Shown here in pieces: positions 36,401 through 51,300 of a stretch of DNA of 64,000 bases (its first letter is position 1; the number at the start of each line of letters is the position of its first letter). Source of the stretch: Neoechinorhynchus agilis (taxonomy: Eukaryota > Animalia > Acanthocephala). Under the pieces are notes generated by a model. The model did no database searches and was not told the DNA's origin. It saw only the letters and a program-made list of their open reading frames with translations. The translations under genes and the position numbers were made by a program. The stretch covers positions 6,678,864 to 6,742,863 of the forward strand of contig CM121342.1 of the NCBI GenBank assembly GCA_051530055.1, read 5' to 3'.

Positions 36401-36740
36401 ATGACGGATCCGGAGTGAATGACGGATCTGGTGTGGATTACGGATCCGGTGTTGATGGACGGATCCGGTGTGAATGACGGATCCAGAGTGGAGGACGGAT
36501 CCCGCGTGGATGACGGATCCGGTGTGGATGATGGATCCGGAGTAGATGGACTGATCCGGTGTAGATGACAGATGCGATGTGGATGATGGATCCTATGTGG
36601 ATGACGAATGTGGTGTGGACGACGGATCCGGAGTGAATGACGGATATGGTGTGGATGACAGATCCGGTGTGGATGGCGGATCCAGAGTTGATGGCGGATC
36701 CGGACTGGATGACGGATCCGGACTGGATGACGGATCCGGT
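33500..36740. repeat. 3.2-kb GC-rich minisatellite, 18-bp unit GATGACGGATCCGG(T/A)GTG, with internal block duplications
   Basis: The unit reads DDGSGV on + and PDPSST on -. Single-base indels are frequent. The block near 34030 recurs near 35672 (identical ORF-track peptides). Confidence 0.97.
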
Positions 36741-37142
36741 GAATAAATAGGTTGTGCAAAAGTGCGCAATTTTAAATAGCTCTAAGGAGGTTTGATCGAT
36801 TACTCAATTAAAATTACATAACCAAACACTGGATGGTTGAATCGTCAAACTAATAATTCAGTGCCGTTTTGTTTTAGTGCCATATAATATTACGAAAATT
36901 GAACGATCTTTTTCGAGGCTTTCGCTTCGATCTTAATTTAATCAATCTTTGATTATCGACGGAGAAAAAAATTTATAGGACGGAAATGCATTCGCCTCTT
37001 AATGAACGTTATATATTTTCGTCCTTTACAAATATCGTGAACCAATCTACACTGATCAAAAGCTAAAGATTTATTTTGCAATTCAAGTACACATTTTAAC
37101 CAAAAACTCATATTCACTACAAAAATATATACAAAAACACTG

Positions 37143-38956
37143 TTAGACCCATGAATATACGACTGCCATCAAGGTGATTCGAATGACCAGAGACGTTCCC
37201 GTCCTTTTTTGGATTGGCGAGTGTGAGATTGAGAGGTGAATGCTGCGATTCATATAGTCGATAGCGGGATTCATCCCTGAAATCAAAAAATTAAACGACG
37301 CAAAAACCTTAAAAGAATACCCATCGTTAAAATCTTCGTCAAGCTCGTGTTTTGGTTTACTACTTGCTTGGCGGTACCACCTTTTGGGTAGAACTTGAGT
37401 GAATCTTGAAATTCTTGAAGGATTTATTGGGACACGAGCTACGTTATGTCCCATTTCCTCTAATAGCGATATCACTGATGTGTCATTTCCAATCAGATGA
37501 CCTAAAGTAACATTATAATTATTTTTTTTGTATCAACGGGGCTTAAAAATATCGTAATATGCAATTTTCTCACGAACATAAAATCGAATGAATAGCGCAC
37601 GAAGAATAGATTTCGTAAGATCGATTATGTCAATAATTTGTGTGAGCACTTAGTGAAGATAAAGGCACTTTTTGTGAAAGGTTGATTTATAGGCAACCTG
37701 ATAAGTAATCGCTTATATTTACGTTCGTTTTGAGAAGGTTTTTAAATAGCATTTTAAAACCGAATGCAAAAAATCAAAATGAAAAAACGAAAATTAAGTT
37801 AAAATTGCCTTATTAGTCATTAATTTAATCGACTAGATGTGGAAAAATATCGTTAAAATCGTATTTCATCCACAAATAACTGCTATTTAGGCATTCTGGA
37901 GAATGTATCCGGTAAGATTGCTTCAAGGAATTCTGCAAGGTATGTGTGCATAAAGAAATAGTTAGAATTTACCTGTTCCAATAGCGAAGAAAAGAATTTC
38001 ATCAGGTCTATGAAGGAGAACATGATGAATCCTTCCAGCCAGATAATTTGTTCTTGAAGACGCAATTGCTTTCTCATCATTTGTGTTAAATTTCTCGTTT
38101 CCATTAAAATTCTGATTTAAGGTCAAATTTCCGCAATTGTATTCTTCGACGGTGTTCGAAGAACTTGCCGTATCCTTTTTATTTTTCGTCTGATTTAAAA
38201 ACATTTCGATCATTTCATCGACCTAAAGAGTGGATCTTTATAAAAAAAAGTACATTCAGATAGTTCACGTCTTACCTTATCGTTTTCTATACTGTTTAAG
38301 GCCTCGCATTGATGATCTGGACTTTCTAAAGACGATACTGGTATCTGAGAAGCTTTTGCTTGTTGTGCAAGATAAAGATCGATCACCGGACTATCACTAT
38401 CTTTATCGAGTGCCAAAGAGTAAGACATTAGTGAGCAGAGTATCCAAATTGGTTTTTTCCGATACCAGTTCCGCACTACATTACGGTAGATCGCTACTTT
38501 TACACTATCTTCACCGATTGATTTTATATTTTTTCTTATATTAATAAAGTAGATTCGTAGACTTCGATAGGTCCTTGGTTGGAGCATCATTCTGACAGTT
38601 TGATTAGGCTTTAAACGTTGACATTCGTTCAAAGCTCGCCTGACAACATTGTCGGTCATGTCGAGCTCAACGAGCAGTCGATTAGACACAGCAAAGGCAG
38701 ATCGGACATGAGGAGGTAGTTTGTTCCATATGAGTTCATAAGGGACATGAACAGTGCCAAGTATGAATGAAGGCGGAGTTCTATTCACGATCCAAAAGTA
38801 CGACGAGTTTTCTCTCAACTAAATGATGTTAATAATAGTCACAAATGGTATTTTTACCTCATTTGAGCATGAGTCTACTATGTTTAGCAGAAGAAGTTGG
38901 ATGGTTACAAAGATCACAACAACCAAATGTGAAATGATTGATTTCAGGCTATGCAT
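37143..38956 (-). CDS. TRABD2: TIKI/TRABD2 (TraB/PrgY family) Wnt-inactivating metalloprotease
   Basis: Signal peptide exon MHSLKSIISHLVVVIFVTIQLLLL (ATG 38956) and a 39-nt intron at 38819-38857. Motifs FWIVNRTPPSFILGTVHVPY, VELDMTD, SLESPDHQC, YNCGNL, FFAIGTGKF, LEEMGHNV match the TIKI pattern. The last exon is uncertain. Confidence 0.88.
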
Positions 38957-39120
38957 TTTTCTTCACATTCGGGATAAGGTCTTTCTAAATGAAGATTCCT
39001 TTACGTCTCAAACGACTGGATAATTGCTATTAAGCGCAAGGACGAGATGTGGATTAAGCTAACATGGACTACAAACGGCTGCTTTTATCACAAGGAAACG
39101 GGAGTAAACATGATTGATAA

Positions 39121-40226
39121 ATGGAAATGCAAACACACACACACAGCCGGCACCGTGTAATCCAGCTGAATATTTTTATGGGAGGAAAAGTTATTTTACG
39201 GATCGACGAGCACGGGAGTTGCAATAGATACTTAAAATACCGATTATCTGCACTTATTGATGGCACGAGAAAGCACAAAAGTAGTCTGGGATTATCTTCT
39301 GCGTTTCAGTCCCAAATAGTGGATCTAATCGACCAATCTAGTAGATTTCATCATCATCATCATAACCAATCTGATTTCCTTCAAATGGCAATGCCAATAC
39401 CTACTTTCGACTCTAAAATCGCCGGTTTTGGTCCTTAAAAATGTGCTTATTTTTTAGTTCATAAACAATAAAAATAGTGCCATACGGTGCTGCTGATGCG
39501 TCTGCAGTACACGCTTCCATTTAGAAGGGGAAAATCTTGTTAATACGGCTGAGTTGCGAAAAGAAGAATAACGGTCGTTTTAAACGAATCCGGAGCATTT
39601 TTGGCCACATAAAAAAATGACAAACAAGGATTTTATTAATGAGCACGGGGATTACGCAAAAGGTGGGGTTTTGTTCCATTGGGAAATATGGTCTCAGGTG
39701 AATCAGGGTTCCAAAAAATTATAGCCAAAAATGATTATCATAGAAACCCATTCGCGACGTACACTCAGCCGAATTTAATCTTTGTTACACTAGAAATTTG
39801 CATCCATTTGTCTAGAGTGCGGATCAATATATTCCGAATACTAATCCTTAGAAACAGACTTCTCTCGCAAAATATCTCGGCATTTTCATTTAAAACAGAG
39901 AAGTCTGCTAAATTATTTTCTGTCCGTGAATTGACAGGATCAATTTTCCCAAATAGATAGAAGATGAATTTAGAAAAGGTCGTAGACAAGTTCGTGTAAT
40001 AATGGATTAATACGAGTTTGATTGGCAGCCGAACTTTGCAAATCCAATTCTCCTACTCGATCGAAAAGGAAGGAATGTACATGGCCATCACTGCTATGAG
40101 AAACGTTCGCTTTTGTTCTCAGACGCAAGTGCTGTGAAATTTACACTTATCGAGTCAAATATGAAACGGTCTTCAAAGATGGAACACAAAAGAAGAAGAA
40201 AAATTGAGTTGAATCAAATAGAGTAA
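39121..40226 (+). CDS. Possible spliced hypothetical gene divergent from TIKI
   Basis: 105-aa ATG ORF at 39121 and a protein-like terminal frame ending KRRRKIELNQIE*. I could not join the exons. Confidence 0.25.
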
Positions 40227-41440
40227 TTTGCAATTGGGAATCAGAATTTTATGGCGGCATAGACGCTTTCAGAATAAATTTTCATTTGATTAAAATACAT
40301 AATTACGTCTTTAATCAAATAAATACTTTATTCAATTAATCAGCTCTTAATCAAATTTTATCTTAAAATCTTTCTTTACAAGAAGCCATAAATACAATAG
40401 GTTAAAAGGCATTAAATTCTCCTTAATAAATAGAATTACTCGCCAATTTACTATTGATTTATTAGTGGACGCATAATAGTTTAAGCCGAATTTTTATCTC
40501 CTTCAAGTGCCGTTTTAAGTGGACAATATGGCTAATTGGTCAATAATTTATAAATTCAAGAAGGCGGCTTTCTTGTTTTTAATCTTGCGAGAAATTAACT
40601 TTGAATTATCATTCGAACTATTTAAATATAAATGGTTCCTTTGACGCGTTTCTCACTCTCTCGATAAACATTTAAAATACATTAATTTAGCTTTTAATAA
40701 GTACTCGATGGTGGTATATCAAGATGAGATGTTAAAGGACCAATAAAATAGTAAATGCGAATATCTAGTACATGAAATAAAGGTAAAGGAATACTAAAAT
40801 TTTGAGAATCGAAACGGAGCTAATAGCAATCGCCGCTCTTTTCAGTGGTTTAGCGTATCAGCTTCCGAAATGAAAATCCATTAAACATTAAAGGGCTGTG
40901 AAATGAAAGTGGAATAATGCGTTCATTGCTAATTTAATGTTCACTAATGACGGAAATTCTCGTTATTTCTTCGCATTATAATGCTATTATAGAGCAATTC
41001 ACGTTGTGAAAAATTCTGTTATTTAATTGGACGATAATGCTTAATAATCGCTTGAACACCATTAACGTAGACGAATTTTCCACTTGTGACTCATTAGCGA
41101 ATCGTAGTTCACTCAAGTACACTTGCGATTAATATTGTGAAAGATTAATTGTACGTAATTGTCAAATAAGATACTTGAAGTTTTTCATCAAAAAGTTACA
41201 TATCCACTTAAAAATTACTTTAATTGGTCTGATAAAAAAAGTTCGATTTTCTATGAAGTCCAAAGAGAGACGGACAAAATATTGTGAAAGGGAATTAATC
41301 TCTATACCATAAAACTTCTTTTTACAAAGACCGAATTATGTTTAAATGGTCAAAGTATCCCATTTCTCACGATCAATCACTCAAATACTTTTTTATTATT
41401 CTGATCCTCACATTTGGTACAAACACGCGCAACTTTTAGT

Positions 41441-42330
41441 TCACAATTCAGCGAACCAACTGGCTTTCATGGCTCCCAGGTTCTTACTTGACACCGCAGC
41501 TTCCATTAATCGAAACAGTGGTGATTCTGTGAATCGATAAGACACACTGCTGGTCTTCTGACAGTCTAACAGTCTTTTCATTATACATTTCGTCTCCTCA
41601 GCACTCTTTTCGAAAGCGATTTTCATATCTGTTTCAATGTCCGAATACAAAGAGAAGAGTGAAGAGAAAATGAAGCGGTCAAGTTGGTTACGATCATAAG
41701 CCAAACTCTTCGCCACGACTACGATCGACATAAAAAGACTCGAACTCGCTGGAATGGCATCAACCAGTCGTGCCTGATCGCTACTTGTCGAATCGTGTGG
41801 CAGGCTGATTAGTGTACGTATCATCGGTGTCAAACGGTAAGGAACACGAGTTTGCTGTCTATTCCGAACTCGAATTGGAACTCTCCATTGGCATGGAAAT
41901 ACGTCGCATCCAGATCGACTCACTTCAAGAATCTCAAAATCACTCGCGTTTGGAGGTTCGAAGCCAAAAAGGTATTGTAGAATGCTAGTAACAGCAACTT
42001 GAGTGGTCAATTGTTGTCTTGCGTAGAAAAACGATGAAGGCGATAATGATTGGAACAATAGGTCCCGAAGTAACGATGAGTACTGATTATCCATGAAATC
42101 CGCCGAGCGTTCATTTCCCATTGCAATTATTCTATAATCGGTATGCGATGCCGATGAGGCAAGGTTTAAGAGACTTATAGATCCCCGGGGCCGATTTGGA
42201 GCCAGTGGACATGATGGGGAATCTCGCCAACAAGTGTAATCTTCAATCAGTTGAAGATCGTGGCTTAGTCGGAAAGAGCTTGCGTTCGGTGAAAATAAAC
42301 GAATGTCCTGTCTTTTTGTTCTCTATTTAT
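41441..42330 (-). CDS. TRRAP: TRRAP terminal exon (pseudokinase C-lobe + FATC)
   Basis: The frame extends upstream of ORF 41441-42121 (FRLSHDLQLIED...) to an AG acceptor near 42330. Confidence 0.85.
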
Positions 42331-45300
42331 AATATTTAGATATTAGTTAATTAAAAATCTTTTAGTCTTACCGGCATGTTAACCAGGATATCGTCCATGT
42401 AGGCGATTGCGTCACTAAAATGATTGAGTTCCATTGGAGATCCAAACATTATGAGAAATGAATAAACCTAAGAGTAAAGGGGTTAAAATAGCGATAGTGA
42501 AAGACATTCCCGATCATCTACCGAAACCATAGAATCATCTTTCAAAAATGTGCGAAAAATTTAAGAATATTTGAATTACTCGATGAAATCTTACGAACAA
42601 AAGTATAAAAGGTAAGCCACATACCTTTCCATCGCTTCCTCTCATTACAATTTGCCTACAAACTCTCCCTTGCTCAAGTAGAACGATTTTTGTCATCGGT
42701 AAGACTTTTGAGACTCTAACGAGTGAGCACATGTGCGTACTTTGTTGAAGAAGTGGATTCGAATTATATCCAGGCATAGGGATTGCTCCATTGAGTAAAA
42801 GATTACCACTAGACACTAGTAACGATCGAGAACTAATAGTTAGCTGAAACGAATGATCCACACGATTTGTATTTGCTTTAATGGTGTTCAATTGATCTAA
42901 AAGATAAGTCGCCAAACTCGTTGTGCCCTCACACCGTTTAATCTGCTGAATAAACTCGTTAAACATGAGATGAGCGTCTGATCCAGGCACGATTATACTA
43001 ATGTTTCGTATACTCGTCTCAAATTTCTCAACGCATTGGTCCACCGTAAACGAGTTTGAATCGATGCATTGCTCTAGGGCCCAAACACAACAATCAGCTA
43101 TTCTATCAAGTGCGTAGTCGAGGTTAGTTTCTCTTAAAAGACCTTTGAAAGACTGCTCAAATCTGATATGGGAACACAGTTGACCTGAGAAAGCGTTAAT
43201 GAGATGATCTTGAAGCAAGCTTGAAATCCGCTCGTATTTACGGTCAATCTCCTCTTCGCGAGAATATCTAAACGCTAACACTGGAAATTTAGCTGCAAGG
43301 AACAAAAGGGAGTTCAAGAGATGTTGACTATCCTCGGGCAATTCTCTGCTTTCTGGCATATTCCAATTGAGGCGATAAAATATACAGACGAGCTTTTGAA
43401 ACATTAAAGTCCAAAATGTACGAGATTCTGTCCATGTAGTGTGGTCCTTGGCTTCGATCATGAATTTGCTTAATTTAGAAAATAAAGTGCTTTCGTTTTG
43501 ATTGAGAGTGTTATATGCAATAATGAAATTTGCTTTTTCCACGAGAATCCGGATTCGTTCAAAATCATCACCAACGCTGTGAGCTGCGGTGAAGATCGCC
43601 CGGATAAGTCGTTCTATTTCGAAGGAATCTAATTCAAATCAGATTTTATAGGCTTTCTTAAAGAAGGTTTACTGTATTTCATGAGAGGAGCAAAAATTTT
43701 GTAGTTATTTTAACGATAGGCGGAAAGCTAAAAACTTAAAAATTATTTAAAAAGGTTTAATTATCTAACCGAGATCTTATTGAAAATTAACGCACTGGAA
43801 AAACTACGAAGACGCCTCAAAATTTCAAATTCACGTTAAATTTTTAGATGAAATTATTTCGTGAAAATCAGATCTTTAGACTTGCTACGGTTTGTCCAAT
43901 GGTTAGTATAAATTTGTACTGGAAAATTACATAATACTAAAAAGCGGATTTGACTAATGTTGTCCCATTTTCGAAGATTCCATCGACTCTCTAATACTTC
44001 ATGATCGGGGATCCGTTGATCAGAGTTCCGAATGACATCGTCAACTAGAAAGCTAACATAATCGAATTGAACCCGAACATTTCTCGCCTCGACTTTCAGA
44101 GTGCGAATATAGTGCGAATGTACTTCATCATAGCTATATTGACCATCTTTGATCATAACCTGTACTTTATCTGCAGTTATACCAGCCAAGCACTCGTCTG
44201 TCGACCTGACCGCCCCACATTCCTGCTTAATCGCTTCATGCTCAGCCATAAGATCCGTTACTTTTTCCGGTGGTAGATTGTTTACCCAAGAATTATTGAA
44301 CAGTTGTATAGGACGAGGATAAACCCCACTCCCTGGTTCATGTTCAAGTTCTTCTAGTCCTGGTAACAAATCGGTCGGTGAATTTAAATAAGGTGATAGG
44401 TCACATATACATTCTGCAATCTGATTGGAACAATCGGAAATCAATTGAAAACTATGTGTCTCAGGTCGGTCTTTATATGCACTAAGATTATTCAGGGCAT
44501 GAATAAAAGAACTTTGTTTCCTCAGAGTGCCTTCTAAATCAATAGCACGTAGATCTGCGAGAATTCGAAGACTTTTACTCAAATTTGCATGCCGCCGAGC
44601 TTGACTTTGAGCTGCGACATGATTGAGAAAATGCACTCGCCACGCTTGAATTGAATCGTGCTCAATGTACTCATCACCGACGGAAATTTCTCGTCGCCTC
44701 CAATTACAAATGGTACGATTGAATGCGTTTAAGAAAGTGCTTTGAGGACTTATGGCCGAAATCGAGCTTGCAACTGAAGTGACACCACGCACTCCAGCTG
44801 AGCTTTCTAACTTTAAAGCTTTGGAAAGATCGATTGATTCTCGGATTTCGACGAATCTCTGTATCCTGTTTAGAACTCGATAATGTTCAATTGTAATAAC
44901 ATCTCGTGGAAGACAAAGAAAATCAGTTGTGAGCAGATTTATACCGTCGGTCACATGTTTCACAACTGTGGATGAATCAAAATCGCTGTTAAAAAAGGCG
45001 CACAATGCATTATAGAACGCGAATAGATATCCGTTTCGTTTTGGTTCCATATGTTCATAATACGCCATTTTTGAGCTGACAATATTAAAGTCTTTTACTG
45101 GTAACCGCCATGAAGCGTCCAATCTCCAATCAGTTTGATCGGATGCAAGTGTATTCACAGAATGCCACTGTCCAAGTTGCGCGAGACACTCAATGAGTTT
45201 CCTATTTGTGTATTTACACTCGAAAAGGGCTAGACCGTCTTCATCCGAAATTCGAGGCGGTGGAGACGATTGCAAAGCGAACATTTCAGCCAACATGCTT

Positions 45301-48300
45301 GAATAAAGGCTAACTGCACTCGTATACTCACCAATAGCATCCATAAGTATGGCATCTCTGAGTACATGAGTAGTTGATCGATTAAAGCATATAGCACTCA
45401 TATAAAGTTTTTCACCAAGTAAGTCCGTAACGTTCATCATTCCATTGAGAACAAAGATTTTCTGGTAATAAGAATGGAGAATTCGAAGGTCAGTGCTTAT
45501 TTCCGGTTCGATAATTTGGGTGTTTACAAGTGTATCTGGAAGGTCGAGAATTGTACTATCGATCGACGATAATCGATGTTCAAGAAGAAGTAAAGACTCA
45601 TACCATGTACTATAGGACTTTGCAGCCATTTGTATCGCAAAAGCGTCTACGCAGGTTTTGTCCTCGAAGTAAAGTGGCATTAATGCTTCTAGGATCGTTT
45701 GCATGATAGTCGTTGGTCCATCGTACATGTGGCACGTATGATCTTCATTCAAAATAAATGGCGTTAAAAGTTTATCGATTTCAAGACGCTGATCATCCGT
45801 GAGTTTACGTATGAATTGTTGATAAGTGAACACCCAGAGATTGTGAGCCAAATCGCGTGACAATGGATGGTCACACGTTGCTGCCATTGTGCCGATGGCA
45901 TCTATAACATCAGCACCATCTAAGTACTCTACTGCTATTGAAAACCGGATAAAATCTTCGTCATCATTGTCATTAGTCCCAAAACTAGTCGATTCCTCTT
46001 CATCAGTCGTTTCTTTGTTTTTTTCACTCGTGGACATTATCTCAAAATTTGAATCGGGCACAACGCAACTAAGTAACAGCTTCATTGCGATTCCAATCCA
46101 GTAAGTGTTCGTTCCAACACCGACCCAATGAACCATTGAGAATATAAACACAAGTCTGTCATATACATTGAGGCCCACTTTGGCGTTGAGATGAGCGAAA
46201 GCCTGAGAGAAAATGATGGGTTCTTTTAAGGCAGATAAGACAGCGTCTTCCATTCGCTTGGCGTGTTCATTTTCCCTCGGAGGACAAGCAGCGATTAGAC
46301 CGTCGATACCGGCGAGAATCGTGGTCAGAATCGACGGATGCGACGATCGCCCACGGTCAATCGCTTTAATAAACCGTGATAAAATCGCCATTTTCTCTCT
46401 TATTAACAACTGATATTCTCCGTATTCGAGTTCGTTCATACAAGTCCACATTTTGAACGTGTCTGCAATGACCAACAAAAGGTTGTGATCTGTACTTTTA
46501 TCGATTACCGGAAGGATCACCGAACATAGAAGACTTTTCCGTCGATCAGGAGGTAGACAAGCAGCGTAAGGTCTAACACTCACGATTCCCACAGTCAAAC
46601 AATGTGTGAGGACACCCCTTGCTTGGGGCGTAGTTGTAGTTTGAAAGATTTCACGAGTCATGAGTGCCATTACTTGGATGCAAAGATCTACCAGGTTCAA
46701 CGATCTGTTGGTTGTTGATGGAGTTGAATTTAAATCGTTTGGCGCTACTGAAGGATACACATCGTCGGGTGGAACGTAGGCCAAAACCAATTGAAGTTCT
46801 CCACAGTTGTAAGCGTGTGAGCAGACAAGATCAAAACACTCCATTGTACGTACAATTCGGTCAGGATCCGATTCCATGAGAGATTCGGGAAGAGCAAGAC
46901 TCTTTACGACCATTTCCTCCATCAGGAATCGAAATAAGCGTGTTTGAACGACGGCGTTCATTGGAAGACTAAGAAGTTTTCGCATTGCGAGACTAAAAAA
47001 CATTTTGGTTCTCGGTTGAGTAAGTACGGAACATGGAATTTGTTTCAGCAATCGTGTGATTGGATAGTCCAGATTAACGAATGCAAGTGTATCGAAATGT
47101 ACCCAGAGATTGTAGACACAACCGATTACGACGGACATTGTTGCAAGTTGTGACCGGGTTGGTTCGTCTGGCACTGCCAACAAACTCGTATAAAGGACAT
47201 CATTGGCTCTCATAGTGACATTATCGGCTACTTTCATCTTACAAGCCTTTGCGAGAAGATTTACAACACTTCTAGCGTGTTCAACGCAATCGATATCCTT
47301 GATTGATTTAAAGAGCAGAAGAAGACGGTACAGGGAGAGAGTAAAGGAATCACTTGCAATTTCCGACATAAACGGTTCCTTCTCTTCCCAATCCAGAATC
47401 ATGGACAAGGTTGTGAGGGCGATATCCAGTGCAAATTCGGGTTTGGATTGGTACCCATTTGATATTGTCACACATCCTGAAATTAAAGAAACCGTAATTT
47501 TGTGCCGGAATGTGTAGTAGAAGCGATCGTGCTTGAGAATATGTTGAAGAATATTTTGTTTGTGTATCGGAGAATTTATACCACGCAGAAGGCAGTCTGC
47601 AATGGTGGCTGATATCATTTCTTTATTCGGACTTTCAACACTGAAGATCCGTAAGACTAAAAGGTCTAAGAGAGACAGTTCGGCGGTAGCCCACTGAGTG
47701 GCGTTTTCACTCATCATATCTGAATACATTTGTTGTGCTTCTCTTAATAACTCAGACGGATTCATAATGAACACTTGAATAAGCACGCATCTACTTTCAA
47801 AAACATCAGCAGGATCATGTAGTTCCGTGTTCAATCCAAGTTCTGCAAACTGTCTTATCTCTTGAACATGATCTGCAGATATATGAGGATGCATGTTCTC
47901 CACGAGAAGAGCACAAAGACGAAGACATTGCAGTCTGCAATTATAATACTCGGGCATCTCAGTACATTCAGTCTCTTTTTCGCTTAAAACCGTCAATACG
48001 TTCGCTATAAAGTTCGATATCAATGATTCGTCATTGATTAAAGCGTTCATTCCATCGTCGCTCAAATTGCGCCCGAATGCTGATTTTAAACAAGGTCTTA
48101 GTGCGCATCTTATAGTGCATGAAATTAACCGAAGCCATCTAACAATATTTTCTCCTAGATCGGGTTGTACGAGATTCATAAAAAGTTGATGAACCCATTC
48201 AATTGGACACTCAAGGAGAGTCGAAAAGAAGTCCATAAGAAGGTCTCCACAGGCAAAGTAATTACATTCGTCATAACAAACTAGACAGAGGGATTTTAGA

Positions 48301-51300
48301 AGGTCAAAATCGAGGGGGTTGCTTTTGAACATTCTTATTACAAGCCAACAAAGTTGAATAGTGCTGTTTAGGTTCGCGAGTGATGTCCATTGAATAGGAC
48401 AAGGTTCGTCCAAGGAATTGCAGTTTGCAATACACCAAAATAATGTGTCCGGTACTTTTGCTGTCCATAAAATCCTAAAGTTTTGAAGAAGAACGTCCGA
48501 CGCCAAAAACCAGTCTTTATGTTCGTTTTCGAATTGAGCGATTTCATATGTTACTGCTATTCCTATTTTGTATCCAGGAACCTTATTAACGGTTCCATCA
48601 GGTGCTCGTGGCGCGATTGTCATAATGCGCAATATTATTGCAGGATCGGATATAAAATAATTTCGAACATTTTCAGAATAACGAACGAGATCAAGAGCGA
48701 AGTCGATATAGCATAGATCGTTGATCGTTTCGTCGTTTATCAATAAAGGAATAACTATTGATGGATATAAGAAACGAATGCTTTTAAAGTGGAATGGAAA
48801 GTAGACAATTTTTGTCATGTACCAAAATCATTACAAGTTTAAAATAATCTAATAAGAAATAGAATCACAATGTGTTAAATTCACTATCATGATTAAGATC
48901 TCTTAAAGGATTTAAAGAAAAACGTAAACTCAAAAAATTCTTAAATTTATAGACTTGACAATCCTACAGTTGTACCATTAAAAGCTTCGTTTCCATTAAA
49001 GACTTATTAATCGCAAGAACGATACTTTGAGGTCCTCGAAAAGTCTAAATCCGATCATTTTCGATCCTAGCGATTGTATCAAATCAACGACAACACGTTT
49101 GCAATCTCCAATGTAATACATGACATCAATATAATACTTAGCCATTTGAGCGGCATGTTCCTTATTGGCAGTTGGATTTTCCGGTGATGATACATTGAAA
49201 AGTTCATTGATGTAATTGAAACATTCTAACCTATTGACAGTAAGTAACTCAATCTTTGATTCGTTTGATAGGGATATAAGTGAAAACACAGGTGGAGGCA
49301 GGGAAGGATCGGGTGAAATTCTTGTACAAATCGCATCTATCTTACTAGTGTTCAGCTTAAATTCTCGATGTTTCAATTTGAGAAGAAGATCACAAGCATG
49401 ACGTCTCACACTTTCAGTAGCACTGATTAATTCGTTGATCAAAGAATCTACGTATTCCGAGAGCTTGAATTGAAAAAGAAAGTCCATTATACGAAGCTTC
49501 AATGCTTCATGTTTCTGATGAGGAAAAATTCGGCATCGTATTGCTGCCCAAGAACTTAATGGGATTCCACGGTCATGTACCAAGAACATTTGATCAAAAA
49601 ACAACGACCTTCTTGATCGTTCAATCCTAAACAACGAAGGATTAAGGTTGTCCAAGAGAAAAAGTGCTTCCAAATGATTGCAGAACGTGTCGGCGGGTAT
49701 TTGTGTTTGAAGAACGTTTGCAAGGTTTTCTGATACTTTAACTAATTCAGCCGTATATTCAAGTGAACCGTCTTCCATTCGAACAAAAACATCTTCGTTG
49801 TTTAGTGCAATGAGTTCAGACAAAAGTTCGAAAGCTCGTTCTCGGAATCGTTTACGATGATTGCATAAAAGAGTTATAAGCTGAGTACATGTTGTTAGGG
49901 TGAAACTAGGTATCTTCTTGTTTGGTTTAGAGAACTCCTCGATGGAAATTTTAAGAACATCGAATGCCAAATCACATACTCCATTGTCGATTTCGTCGAA
50001 CATCGTGGCTGGAACTAATGTACATGCATTTATGAATCCAAGAATCGCGGATTGCCTTAACGAGAATTCAGGAGATCGAGCAGATAGTTGAACAATAAAC
50101 ATCTTTAAACATGTTAGACCACCAAGCCTGCTTGAGCAGCTTCCATCCGAGTTTATGACGGACAATATTAGTTCCGACAAGGAATCAATCAAAATCGCGT
50201 TGTTCTGGCCAAACGAAATCGAAAAGTTGTCCACTGCAACGAGTCGTGATTTGCAAGACATTTAGACCGTGATCGGGTTCGCCCATTGTGAATTTAACAC
50301 AAAACTTTTTAACAGATAGTAATTTTAAAATCGCCCGAAAAATCCCAAATGATCCATCGCATCTGAAAAAATCAGGCAAAAATAATCTTTAAAATTTTAA
50401 AGGGATTAAATATTTAAAACCTACAAACTATGGCTTTGTAGAATGGACAAAAAATCCTCTACAAATATCATGGGTTGACTCTAAACCTGAACTTTATCTT
50501 ATAAAAACACCCATAGATAGTATGGAAACTTACCATTTTCCCTAAACAGAACTCGTGTTTCCCTTTTCTTTTTAAAGATCACTAAAAGCGAACAGTTGAA
50601 TTAATGCCCAAAAGTGCATCGATGAAAAAATCCGTCAAAACTGGTCACGATTCGTTGCTCTAACACAAGATCAAGAGTGATTGCGAAGGTTTCAACCGCT
50701 GAGCTGTTCGTATTTCGGTTCAAACTACAGAGGCCGCGCTTTAGAGCATCCATTAATACCGGGAAATATCCTAATCCTTTTTGTAATCTTAAAGAAGAAA
50801 ATACAACGATTTTGAGCACACATCGTAATAGCCACTCAACATCCAGTGCCAATCTCCTATTAATTTTCGGGCATTGTTTCGATACCATTAAGCCAAAGAT
50901 AAGATAGGCCACAAATTCATGATAAATGGGGCCAGCATCGTATTTCATTGACCGTAAATCCGATAAGCCGATATCAGCGAAAGCACTAAATTGATTGAGC
51001 GTACATGATCGCAATATTCTGTATGCATATTCACATAAATACTCAGTTGTTGCATCGTTGTCATCAAAACACAAGTCCTGCGACATCAGTTTAATTGATT
51101 CGGCAACTAATAGTTGAGCTGGTAAAAATATTTTTCCAGCTCGTTCATTGTCTATGAGTACATTGAATTCCAAAACTATTCCGTTGTCATACAGTCGCTG
51201 TCTTCTAGGTTCTATTGAATCCATATTCAAGGTATTTGTCGCAAATCCTTGAAGACGGTGTGATCTTCGTATTCCAGATCCAAGTTTCGCCAGAGAAATT

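Noticed and set aside
33497-36759. His/Arg-rich 492-aa minus-strand ORF as a real protein
   Set aside because: It has a TTG start and drifts through all three repeat frames. The minus strand of this repeat is simply stop-poor.
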